Shown here: piece by piece, positions 27,766 through 36,861 of the stretch
Layout of the letters: each line of letters begins with the position of its first letter
How positions within the stretch are numbered: the stretch's first letter is position 1
NCBI GenBank assembly: GCA_045565515.1
Contig: JBJLFF010000031.1
Coordinates: 15,972-79,971 of the forward strand
DNA: 64,000 nucleotides
Source of the DNA: Candidatus Puniceispirillales bacterium
Lineage (GTDB): Bacteria; Pseudomonadota; Alphaproteobacteria; Puniceispirillales; GCA-002684695
Reading direction: 5' to 3'
Position numbers and translations under genes: made by a program
Notes under the pieces: model-generated
The model's input: only the letters and a program-made list of their open reading frames with translations
Databases searched by the model: none
Told to the model about the DNA's origin: nothing

Positions 27766-28899
27766 TTGAAAAATATAAAAGAACTATTTACACCTTGCCT
27801 TATAGTTGAGGAAAGTAAGCTTTCAAAAAATATTCAACGTATAAAGTCGTTAGTTTCTAAAAGGAATGTTAATTTTCGCCCTCATTTAAAGACTGTTAAA
27901 TGTAAAGAAATAACCAAAATGTTAATCGATGAATTTGGCTCTTCAGCAATGGTCTCAACTATTGAAGAAATTGAACAACTTAAAGACTGTGGAATAACTG
28001 ATTTTCTTTATTCAGTTGCAATTGTACCAAATAAACTTGATCGAATAGCAAAAAGCTTATCAAAAAATTGTAATATTACTGTTTCTGTTGATCATATTTT
28101 AATGGCAAAAGATTTAGTGAATTTTTATAAAAAACTGGTGTAAAAATTACTGCAGTTATAGAGCTAGACTTTGATGGACATAGATCAGGTATAAGACCTG
28201 ATGCAGAAGAGAAACTCTATGAAATTGGAAAATGTTTGAATGATGCTGGATTGTTTAGGGGGGTGATGTCTCATGCTGGAGAAAGTTATGGATTATCAAA
28301 TAATGAAGACCTTTTAAAATGTGCAAAAAATGAAGCAGATCAGACGCTAAAAGCTGTATCGATTCTTGAAAAAGCATCTATTAACTGTGAACTAGTCACA
28401 ATTGGTTCAACGCCAACTGTCCTATCTAATTATAAAAATGATAAAATTACTGAATTAAGAGCGGGTGTTTTTGTTTTTTTTTGATTTAGTTCAAACAGGT
28501 GTTGGTATATGTAAAGTTGAAGAAATAGCACTTTCTGTTTTAACATCTGTGATAAGCGTAAATAAAGAAATCAATGGAATTATTGTAGATGCTGGGTGGA
28601 TGGCAATGTCAAGAGACAGGGGAACTTCATCTCAAAAAATTGACTATGGGTATGGTCAGGTTTGTTATGAGAATGGAGAATTAATTAAAGATTTACTTCT
28701 TACAAACGTGCAACAGGAACACGGTATTATTCAAATGCGTAACGGAAGTAATGCTAAACTTCCTGATATTAAGACAGGAGATATGCTAAGAATACTTCCT
28801 AATCACGCATGTGCAACTGCTGCAGCTCACAATTGTTATAATGTTGTAAACAATAAAAACGAAGTTACTAATCTTTGGGATCGTTTTAACGGGTGGTAG
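27766..28899 (+). pseudogene. D-serine dehydratase-like / D-threonine aldolase-family PLP enzyme (alanine-racemase-N fold), interrupted by two frameshifts
   Basis: Three ORF-track pieces (27766-28143, 28236-28484, 28465-28899) together give a 378-codon protein with FRPHLKTVKC (PLP-Lys), SHAGESY and LPNHACATAAAH motifs. The frame breaks at the A6 run 28129-28134 (one A missing) and at the T9 run 28474-28482 (one T extra). TTG start. Confidence 0.8.
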
Positions 28900-28981
28900 A
28901 ACAAATTTAAAATATAGATTTATATTTTTGAGATGAATCAAATATTAATAAATAATAGATAGTTAATATAAGGGTGGAAAA

Positions 28982-29956
28982 ATGACAGAAAGATTATCTT
29001 TAACTGAACTTCCAAAAGGCAATTCAAATGGGTTTCTTGGTTTCCCAGTAAACCTGGATTTAGACAACTTGAATGCTCAAATTGCTATATTAGGAGTGCC
29101 ATATGGCTTGCCATACTATCCGAATGAATTAGCAAATGACCAGAGTACAGCGCCTGATATTCTTAGGCAAAATGCGCAAGATGCTGCATGGGATGAACCC
29201 AGGACATTGAATCATTTTGATTGGGATCTAGGAGGGCCTCTTCTTAATAATCAGAATATTAATATTATTGATCTTGGGAATGTTACAGCTGATTTCAGGG
29301 ATCCTAGGGAGCATTATAAAAGAGCTGAAGAAGTTGCTAGAAAGGTATTTTCTTCAGATATTACATTAATATCTATTGGTGGAGATCATGGAATTCCTAT
29401 TCCAATTATGAGAGCATTACCTGAAGAAAATCCAATTGTTTTGATACAAATTGATGCTCATATGGATTGGCGTGACGAAGTTAATGGAGAAAGAGAAGGC
29501 TATTCAAGTCCTATAAAAAGAGCTTCAGAATTAAAATCAATAAAATCTATATTCCAAATTGGTTTAAGGGGTGTAGGCAGTGGAAGACAACAAGAGTTTG
29601 AGGATGCAAAAGTATACGGTTCAAATTTAATAAGTGCATACGAAGTTCATGAAATAGGAATAAAAAATGTTCTAAAAAAAATTCCAGATGGAGCCAATTT
29701 TTATATTACTGTTGACGCTGATGGGATGGACCCAACAATAATGCCAGCTGTCAACGCTCCTACTCCTGGAGGATTGAATTGGGTGCAAATTAGAGAGCTT
29801 ATTCACGGAATAGTAAAAAAGGGGAAAGTTATCGGTTTTGACCTTGTAGAGATCTCTCCATCATTTGAAAAGGGAAATATAACTCTCGTTCACGCTGAAA
29901 GACTTATTTGTAATTTTATTGGTGCAATGGTTAGGGCTGGGTACTATGATAAATAA
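28982..29956 (+). CDS. arginase/agmatinase-family ureohydrolase (paralogue 2)
   Basis: GGDHGIPIP, IDAHMDWRD, TVDADGMDP. Roughly half of the aligned residues are identical by eye to the 22482-23441 product. Confidence 0.9.
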   Translation: MTERLSLTELPKGNSNGFLGFPVNLDLDNLNAQIAILGVPYGLPYYPNELANDQSTAPDILRQNAQDAAWDEPRTLNHFDWDLGGPLLNNQNINIIDLGNVTADFRDPREHYKRAEEVARKVFSSDITLISIGGDHGIPIPIMRALPEENPIVLIQIDAHMDWRDEVNGEREGYSSPIKRASELKSIKSIFQIGLRGVGSGRQQEFEDAKVYGSNLISAYEVHEIGIKNVLKKIPDGANFYITVDADGMDPTIMPAVNAPTPGGLNWVQIRELIHGIVKKGKVIGFDLVEISPSFEKGNITLVHAERLICNFIGAMVRAGYYDK

Positions 29957-29988
29957 TTTATCATTAAATGACTTTTAAATATAAATAA

Positions 29989-31248
29989 TTGAAAATTTTG
30001 ACCTTAGAAAAAAATATTAAAAATATAGAAAAATATGAGGGTTTTGTTAAATCATTTGTTCAAGAAACTTTCCATAAAGATCTAATATTAAAAGCTTTTA
30101 CCAAAAATAAGTCAAAGAATATAGAGTCACCTTCACTCAGCAATATTTCTTTTGCTGTGAAAGACATCATAAATGTTGATGGGTATCCAACAAGGTGTGG
30201 TTCAGAACTCCCCTCAGAGCTTTTTTTAGGAAAGCAATCCAGCGTTGTAACAAGTTTATTAAATTCAGGTGCAATATTTATTGCTAAAACTGTGACTGCA
30301 GAATTTGCAATTTCTGACCCAGGTGAAACAAGAAACCCAAGAAATTTAAAACATACACCTGGAGGGTCCTCTAGCGGTTCAGGTGCGTCAGTTGCTGCTG
30401 GGTTTTGTGATTTTGCCTTAGGAACCCAAACATGTGGGTCAGTCATAAGACCAGCTGGTTATTGCGGTGTAATAGGATACAAGCCTAGTTTTGGACGTAT
30501 AAGTAGAGACGGAGTTTTATTATTTTCAAAATCAATGGATCACGTTGGTGTCATTGCTAAAAATTTAAATTTGTTGGATACAATATTACCAATAATAGTT
30601 AAAAATTGGAAAACAAAACAAAAGATACTAAATGAACAAATAGTTTTGGGAATACCTGAGGGGTCTTATTTAGATCTAGCAAAATCAAATATTTTAAAAC
30701 AGTTCCTAGGTGTAAGTAAAAATTTAGAAACTCAATTTGAGATTAAAAAAACACATCTATTAAATAATATTTCAGAATATAATGATGATCTTGATAAGAT
30801 AACATTTTCAGAACTTTATTCAGTTCACTCAAAATGGTTTGAAAAGTATAGAAATCTATATAAACCAATTAGCAAAGAAACTATTGAACTAGGAAAATCA
30901 ATATCCCTTGATAATTTAGGAGTTCTTCTTAAAAAAGCTCGAATAGCCCAAAAATATATTCAGTCATTGATGTTAGCTAATGGAATTGATGCATGGATTG
31001 CTCCTGTTGCGCCTGATTTTGCACCTTTAGGAATAAAAACTACTGGTGATTACAGAATGAATTCCATTTGGAGCTATACAGGTTTACCAGTTATATCAAT
31101 ACCAACTGGATCCAATAATAAAAATTTACCTTACTCAATTCAGATTATTGGAAGATTTGGTGAAGATGAAAAACTACTAGAAATTTCAAAAATGGTTGAG
31201 GCTGAGTTAAATATTAAAAGTTTAAAAAACGAATGGGAATTAGGTTAA
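29989..31248 (+). CDS. amidase-signature family amidase
   Basis: TTG start; GGSSSGSGASVAAG signature with an upstream Lys (AVKDIINV); 419 aa. Confidence 0.85.
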   Translation: MKILTLEKNIKNIEKYEGFVKSFVQETFHKDLILKAFTKNKSKNIESPSLSNISFAVKDIINVDGYPTRCGSELPSELFLGKQSSVVTSLLNSGAIFIAKTVTAEFAISDPGETRNPRNLKHTPGGSSSGSGASVAAGFCDFALGTQTCGSVIRPAGYCGVIGYKPSFGRISRDGVLLFSKSMDHVGVIAKNLNLLDTILPIIVKNWKTKQKILNEQIVLGIPEGSYLDLAKSNILKQFLGVSKNLETQFEIKKTHLLNNISEYNDDLDKITFSELYSVHSKWFEKYRNLYKPISKETIELGKSISLDNLGVLLKKARIAQKYIQSLMLANGIDAWIAPVAPDFAPLGIKTTGDYRMNSIWSYTGLPVISIPTGSNNKNLPYSIQIIGRFGEDEKLLEISKMVEAELNIKSLKNEWELG

Positions 31249-31285
31249 ATTTATATCAATGAGTTTGACTTAGAAATAATTTATC

Positions 31286-32113
31286 ATGGCTTATAAAGTA
31301 TTTAAAATATCTGATGGTATTTCCTTAATCCAAGAAACCTATGTTGCTAATTTTATGAGGTGTAATATTTGGCATGTTCATGGAAAAAAATTCGATTTAA
31401 TTATTGATACGGGAATGGGGCTAAGTCCTTTGAAGGAATGGGTAATACAGCAAACTGATAATCCTGTTAAGGCAATTATTACACATTCCCACTTTGACCA
31501 TTGCGGTTCTTTGCATGAATTTGATTGTAGGCTTGGTCATAGGGAAGAGTCTGATATAATGAGCAATGCATTAAATGAACAGATAGTATATTCAGGCGCA
31601 TGGAAAGAAATTGAAATAATAGATAAAAAGCAATTTCCTAATTATTCTGGAAAATCATTTTACGTAACACCTGCTCCATTGACTGGTTTTTTAGATGATG
31701 GCGATGTAATTGATCTAGGAGACAAAGCTTTTCAAATATTACATTTACCAGGACATTCGCCTGGTTCTATTGGATTGTTAAACATTAAATCAAAAGAGAT
31801 TTTTAGTGGCGATGCATTATACGATGGAGAGCTTTTAGATAATTTCTATCATTCTGATAAAAATGAATATAAAAAAACATTATTAAGGTTAAAAGCGCTT
31901 GATGTAAAAATATTCCATGGTGGTCATTTCCCTTCTTTTGGAAAACGAAGAGCAAACGAGATTATAGACAACTATTTTGCTGGCTCAAACAAAATAAAAG
32001 ATGTTCATTCATGGTTTGAAAGTATTAACAAAATAAAAACTAATAATTTTTCAGATCAGGACTGGAGCTTATCAAAAAATTTAATTTCTCAAAATGGGAA
32101 TAGATGTTCATGA
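31286..32113 (+). CDS. metallo-beta-lactamase-fold hydrolase
   Basis: ITHSHFDHCG (HxHxDH), later HLPGHSPG and GD; 275 aa. Confidence 0.85.
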   Translation: MAYKVFKISDGISLIQETYVANFMRCNIWHVHGKKFDLIIDTGMGLSPLKEWVIQQTDNPVKAIITHSHFDHCGSLHEFDCRLGHREESDIMSNALNEQIVYSGAWKEIEIIDKKQFPNYSGKSFYVTPAPLTGFLDDGDVIDLGDKAFQILHLPGHSPGSIGLLNIKSKEIFSGDALYDGELLDNFYHSDKNEYKKTLLRLKALDVKIFHGGHFPSFGKRRANEIIDNYFAGSNKIKDVHSWFESINKIKTNNFSDQDWSLSKNLISQNGNRCS

Positions 32114-32214
32114 CCATATTGCATTTGGAAATAAATATGGTATAAGAAAAATGCAGGTCGGTCACAGCCCTGCTTAAAAAAAGGCCTTATACAATTCAAA
32201 TATTGGATATTTAA

Positions 32215-32442
32215 ATGGTTTTTTTTACAAATTTAATTAAAAATAATTTTATAAATAAAAATCAAGTTAACTTTTCAGTTGGCCAAAAAGTTTACAGTAA
32301 GAAGAATGGTTCTGTTTGTTCAATAATTAAAGAAATAGAGCTAAACAACATTAAACATTTTGAACTAAGTATTGAAAATGACGTTTATAAAAGAGAAGTT
32401 ATTTTAAGCGAACATGCATTAAGGTTGGATTATAAACTATAA
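32215..32442 (+). CDS. hypothetical small protein (75 aa)
   Basis: ORF only; no motif; sits in a spacer between convergent genes. Confidence 0.3.
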   Translation: MVFFTNLIKNNFINKNQVNFSVGQKVYSKKNGSVCSIIKEIELNNIKHFELSIENDVYKREVILSEHALRLDYKL

Positions 32443-32973
32443 TTATACTATATTTCCAACTTTTGCTTCCAACCGCTTAGCCTCAGACTTATAACTATTT
32501 AAACTTATAATTCTTCTACTATACTTATCTTGAAGCTCCAATAAATCTATTTCTATCTCTAATAGTTGAGTACGCTTTGACTTTGTTTTACTATTAGTCC
32601 TTATTTTATTTTTAATGTCTTTTTTATTTGTTCTATTAGTTTGTGGACGATAAAAAATTATAAAAACTAAAATAACTAAAACCACTAAAATGATTGAAGC
32701 TGTAATTTTGCCATTAGTACTTAATGAGTTAGAAAATGAATTAAAAATAATTTTTATGTCTGTTAATTCTAAATCTATTCTATTAAATATGATTTCAAAA
32801 ATTGATGTTAAATATTCTGTTAATTGTGACCAAATTACTTTTAATTCATAGCCGAAGTTAACCTCATTTATAGCTGAATTGAATAAATTTTTTAACAATT
32901 CCCAAAAAATAAAAAAATAGTCAGTTACTGAGTTTATAAACTTACTAAATTGGTTGTTTAACTCTGACATCAA
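32443..32973 (-). CDS. hypothetical single-pass membrane protein with basic/coiled C-terminal tail
   Basis: One clear hydrophobic helix (ITASIILVVLVILVFIIFY) followed by a K/R-rich region and a heptad-like tail. Confidence 0.5.
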   Translation of the reverse strand: MMSELNNQFSKFINSVTDYFFIFWELLKNLFNSAINEVNFGYELKVIWSQLTEYLTSIFEIIFNRIDLELTDIKIIFNSFSNSLSTNGKITASIILVVLVILVFIIFYRPQTNRTNKKDIKNKIRTNSKTKSKRTQLLEIEIDLLELQDKYSRRIISLNSYKSEAKRLEAKVGNIV

Positions 32974-33141
32974 GAAGTCTCTGGTTATAAGTTTCTAATA
33001 AATTTATATAAATGAATATCTGGTTGCAATATAATTATTGCCACTAAACAGTCTTAATTATGACGATTAAAGCATAATTTATCATAAATACACCATTAAA
33101 ATTTCATCTTTTGGTATGGTTTTATCAATTAAATTATTTTT

Positions 33142-33393
33142 ATGAATATCTTTAAATTATATTTTATACTTATTTTGATTTCACAATTCTGCTTTCCTTT
33201 AACTGTTTTCAGCTGTGAAATTGATTTATATGAGTTAGCAAAAAAAACAGATGCCTCAGAAAAGTTTGCCAAGCATAAATTTATTGTTAAGTCTGGTGAT
33301 AAATGGTTTTATTTATCTCAAGACAATGACTGCTGGATAAATGTTAGGTACGTCAAAAGTTCTAATAAAGCAAAGAAATATAACACCAAATAA
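33142..33393 (+). CDS. hypothetical small secreted protein
   Basis: N-terminal hydrophobic signal-like segment (LYFILILISQFCFPLTVFSC); 83 aa; no motif. Confidence 0.45.
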   Translation: MNIFKLYFILILISQFCFPLTVFSCEIDLYELAKKTDASEKFAKHKFIVKSGDKWFYLSQDNDCWINVRYVKSSNKAKKYNTK

Positions 33394-33458
33394 AATCTAT
33401 CTTTATTTATTCTAAAGAATATAATTTATTATAAATAACTAAATAAAAGTTTATAAAG

Positions 33459-34388
33459 ATGAGACCTAAAGCTTTTTCAAATGAGGGAAGATTTTATAAA
33501 GGAAATCTTCATACTCATTCAACAAATTCAGATGGTAACCTTTCACCTCGAGAAGTATGTAAGAAATATAAAGATGAAGGGTATGATTTTTTATGTATTT
33601 CTGACCATTTTGTAGGGAAATTTAATTATCCAATTACGGATACTTTTCAATTTAGGGACAAAAAGTTTACTACTTTGCTAGGTGCAGAGGTTCACTCAGG
33701 TTTGATGGAAAATGGACAGTTATGGCATTTACTAGCTGTCGGTCTTCCAAGGGACTTTGAACCCTCAAATTCTCCTAATTTCAGTCCAAATAATAATCAG
33801 GAAAATGCTAATGAGCTGGCAAAGCGTTGTTTTGATAGTGGAGCTTTTATATCTATTGTTCATCCGCAGTGGTCTGGTTTAACAGTTAGTGATGCAAAAA
33901 CAATTACTTGTGCACACTCAGTTGAAATTTATAATCATGGTTGCGCTGTAGACAGTGATAGAGGTGATGGAGCGCACCTTTTAGATTTAATGCTGTCCCA
34001 AGGCATTAAACTGTCACTGATTGCCACTGACGATGCTCACTTTAGATCAAATGATTTTTTTGGTGGTTGGGTTGAAGTTAAATCAGAAAAAAATAACCCA
34101 GAAGAATTACTTTCCTCTTTGAAAGAAGGTAACTTTTATTCATCGCAGGGTCCAAAAATACATGATTTAAATATCAATAAAGAAGGTTTCTTAATTCAAA
34201 CTTCTCCAGTAAATTCAGTTATACTAGTAGGCTATGGATCAATTTCCATAGCAAAACACGGTGAATCAATGACCGAAACAAACATTGTTTTTCCAGAAGG
34301 AGCTGAAAGCCCTTGGGTAAGAATTATTGCAATAGACCAATATGGAAAAAAAGCTTGGACCAACCCTATTTGGTCAAATGACTTATAG
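33459..34388 (+). CDS. PHP-domain metal-dependent phosphoesterase
   Basis: GNLHTHSTNSDG and ISDHF motifs at the N-terminus, later H/D metal ligands (TDDAH); 309 aa. Confidence 0.8.
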   Translation: MRPKAFSNEGRFYKGNLHTHSTNSDGNLSPREVCKKYKDEGYDFLCISDHFVGKFNYPITDTFQFRDKKFTTLLGAEVHSGLMENGQLWHLLAVGLPRDFEPSNSPNFSPNNNQENANELAKRCFDSGAFISIVHPQWSGLTVSDAKTITCAHSVEIYNHGCAVDSDRGDGAHLLDLMLSQGIKLSLIATDDAHFRSNDFFGGWVEVKSEKNNPEELLSSLKEGNFYSSQGPKIHDLNINKEGFLIQTSPVNSVILVGYGSISIAKHGESMTETNIVFPEGAESPWVRIIAIDQYGKKAWTNPIWSNDL

Positions 34389-34551
34389 ATCAAAATACCT
34401 TTCGACGTATAATATATGCTAAAATATTTTGTTCAATTTAGTATCATTATAAACTTTCCTTAAAAATTAATACTTAATTGCAATAAGAAATTTTTTCAAT
34501 ATGATAGTTACATTGTTATTTCACTTAAATTAATGACTGAGATTTAAATAT

Positions 34552-35634
34552 ATGAGCGTTAAAGAAGATTCATTTGTTGTTTTTGATAAAGTTCAAAAAA
34601 GCTATGATGGTTTAAGTCTTGTTGTTAAAGATCTCAATCTTCATATAAAAAAGGGTGAATTTTTAACAATGCTTGGTCCTTCAGGATCTGGAAAAACTAC
34701 ATGTCTAATGATGCTTGCTGGTTTTGAAACAGCAACACATGGAGAAATTTTATTTGATGGAAAGCCCATAAATAATATTCCGCCGCACAAGAGAGACATT
34801 GGTATGGTTTTTCAAAATTATGCATTATTTCCTCATATGACTGTTGGAGAAAATATTTCTTTTCCTTTGGAAGTTCGGAAAATAGACAAGAATGAAAGAG
34901 AAACTAAAGTAATTAATGCTCTGGAAATGGTTCAAATGTCTGAGTTCATTAATAGAAAACCAGCCCAACTCTCTGGAGGCCAACAGCAGCGAATCGCTTT
35001 AGCTAGAAGTCTGGTGTTTAATCCTGACTTGGTTTTAATGGATGAGCCACTGGGCGCTTTGGACAAGCAACTTCGAGAGCATATGCAATATGAAATTAAA
35101 AATTTGCATAAAAAATTAGGTGTAACAGTTGTTTACGTAACGCATGATCAATCTGAAGCTCTTACTATGTCTGATAGGGTTGCTGTATTTAACGATGGTC
35201 AGATACAACAATTATCTACACCTGATGGTCTCTATGAAAATCCAGAAAATGCATTTGTTGCTCAATTTATTGGAGAAAATAATAAACTGGTAGGTAAAGT
35301 TAAAAAGATTAATCAGAGAGAGGTACTAGTCAGTATTTCAAAAAATTTAGAGATTACTGCGAAGAAAGTTAATTGTGGTGATGTTGGATCCTCAACAACC
35401 TTATCAATAAGGCCTGAAAGAATTCATCTTAATAGTAAGTATAAAAATAAAGTAACAGCTAAAGTTAAGCAATTGATTTACCATGGAGATCATATTAGAT
35501 GCTTGCTCGAACTAGATAAAAAAAATAATTTTATTGTTAAAATTCCTAATTCAAATATTAAAAACTCTCTTAAAGTTGGAGAAACAATATCAATTAGCTG
35601 GGATTCTAAAGATTGTCATGCGCTTGATGCATGA
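34552..35634 (+). CDS. PotA-like (spermidine/putrescine-type) ABC transporter ATP-binding protein
   Basis: GPSGSGKTT, LSGGQQQRIALARSL, VLMDEPLGALD, plus a C-terminal TOBE-like domain; 360 aa. Confidence 0.9.
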   Translation: MSVKEDSFVVFDKVQKSYDGLSLVVKDLNLHIKKGEFLTMLGPSGSGKTTCLMMLAGFETATHGEILFDGKPINNIPPHKRDIGMVFQNYALFPHMTVGENISFPLEVRKIDKNERETKVINALEMVQMSEFINRKPAQLSGGQQQRIALARSLVFNPDLVLMDEPLGALDKQLREHMQYEIKNLHKKLGVTVVYVTHDQSEALTMSDRVAVFNDGQIQQLSTPDGLYENPENAFVAQFIGENNKLVGKVKKINQREVLVSISKNLEITAKKVNCGDVGSSTTLSIRPERIHLNSKYKNKVTAKVKQLIYHGDHIRCLLELDKKNNFIVKIPNSNIKNSLKVGETISISWDSKDCHALDA

Positions 35635-35730
35635 TATATATTAGTATAATTATAATTAATTTTATGGAATACTAGAAGAAAACATCTAAGTTAAAACTTA
35701 GATAAAAAAAGTTCAAAAGGAGAAACAAAT

Positions 35731-36810
35731 ATGAAACTTAAATCACTATTAATAGGTGTTGCAAGTTCAACACTAATTGTTAGTGCCGCTTCTGCTGGTT
35801 CAATAACTGCAGTGTCATGGGGTGGTGCTTACACAAAATCACAAGTTGAGGCTTACCATAAGCCATGGGCTTCAAAGACAGGACATCAAGTTGTTTCTGA
35901 GGACTATGGAGGAGGACTAGCTGAAATAAGATCTCAAGTTGAAGCTGGTAACGTTACATGGGATATTGTTGACGTAGAGCTTTCTGATGCAGTTTTAGGA
36001 TGCGATGAAGGTCTTTTAGAAGAAATAGACCCATCAATGCTTCCTGCTGGAGCCGATGGAACACCCGCAATGCAGGACTTTATTCCTGGATCAATAACAG
36101 ATTGTGCAGTTGGAAATATTGTATGGTCTACAATTTATGCCTATGACTTTGAAAAAATGCCAAATGGTCCAAAGACAATGGCTGATTTTTTTGACTTGGA
36201 CAAATTTCCAGGCAAAAGAGGGATGAGAAGAGGCCCAAAGCCAAATCTTGAATTTGCATTAATAGCTGATGGAGTTCCTGCAGCTGAAGTCTATGATGTG
36301 CTTTCTACAGATGCTGGTATTGATCGAGCTTTCGCAAAACTAGACACAATAAAAGATAGTGTTGTTTGGTGGGAAGCAGGCGCCCAACCACCTCAGTTAC
36401 TTGCTGATGGTGAGGTCGTTATGACAACAGCTTATAATGGAAGAATTTTTAATGCAGTTGCAGCAGAAGGAAAGCCATTTACAATTGTTTGGGATGGCCA
36501 AATTTATGATTTAGACCTTTGGGTTATCCCAAAAGGCGCTAAAAATAAAGACTTAGCTATGGACTTTTTATCTTTTTCAACAGCTACTGAGCAACTTGCT
36601 GCGCAAGCATCTTGGATATCATATGGACCAGCAAGGCTCTCATCTGCAGCTTTAGTCTCTTCATATCATAATCAACCAGAATTAAAAATGGCTCCTCATA
36701 TGCCTACAGACCCTAAAAACTTTACAAATGCCGTTCAAAATAACGGCGCATGGTGGGCTGACAATACTGATGAGTTAAATGAGCGTTTTAATGCTTGGCT
36801 AGCTAACTAA
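35731..36810 (+). CDS. PotD/PotF-like periplasmic substrate-binding protein (family 1)
   Basis: Signal peptide, then SWGGAY...Q..Y..PW...TG pattern of the PotF-like amine / omega-amino-acid binding proteins. AAGGAG lies upstream of the ATG. Confidence 0.85.
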   Translation: MKLKSLLIGVASSTLIVSAASAGSITAVSWGGAYTKSQVEAYHKPWASKTGHQVVSEDYGGGLAEIRSQVEAGNVTWDIVDVELSDAVLGCDEGLLEEIDPSMLPAGADGTPAMQDFIPGSITDCAVGNIVWSTIYAYDFEKMPNGPKTMADFFDLDKFPGKRGMRRGPKPNLEFALIADGVPAAEVYDVLSTDAGIDRAFAKLDTIKDSVVWWEAGAQPPQLLADGEVVMTTAYNGRIFNAVAAEGKPFTIVWDGQIYDLDLWVIPKGAKNKDLAMDFLSFSTATEQLAAQASWISYGPARLSSAALVSSYHNQPELKMAPHMPTDPKNFTNAVQNNGAWWADNTDELNERFNAWLAN

Positions 36811-36826
36811 AACTTTTTAATTTAGA

Positions 36827-36856
36827 AGGGGGGAGTAAAATCTCCCCTTTTTTTTT
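36827..36856 (+). terminator. intrinsic terminator/attenuator between the binding-protein gene and the permease genes
   Basis: GGGGAG/CTCCCC stem (36830-36835 / 36842-36847), 6-nt loop, followed by T9 (36848-36856). Confidence 0.7.
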
Positions 36857-36861
36857 AAACT

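Noticed and set aside
32153-32173. GC-rich spot GCAGG-N11-CCTGC considered as a terminator or tRNA-like fragment
   Set aside because: The stem is only 5 bp with an 11-nt loop, neither side has a proper U tract, and no cloverleaf can be drawn.
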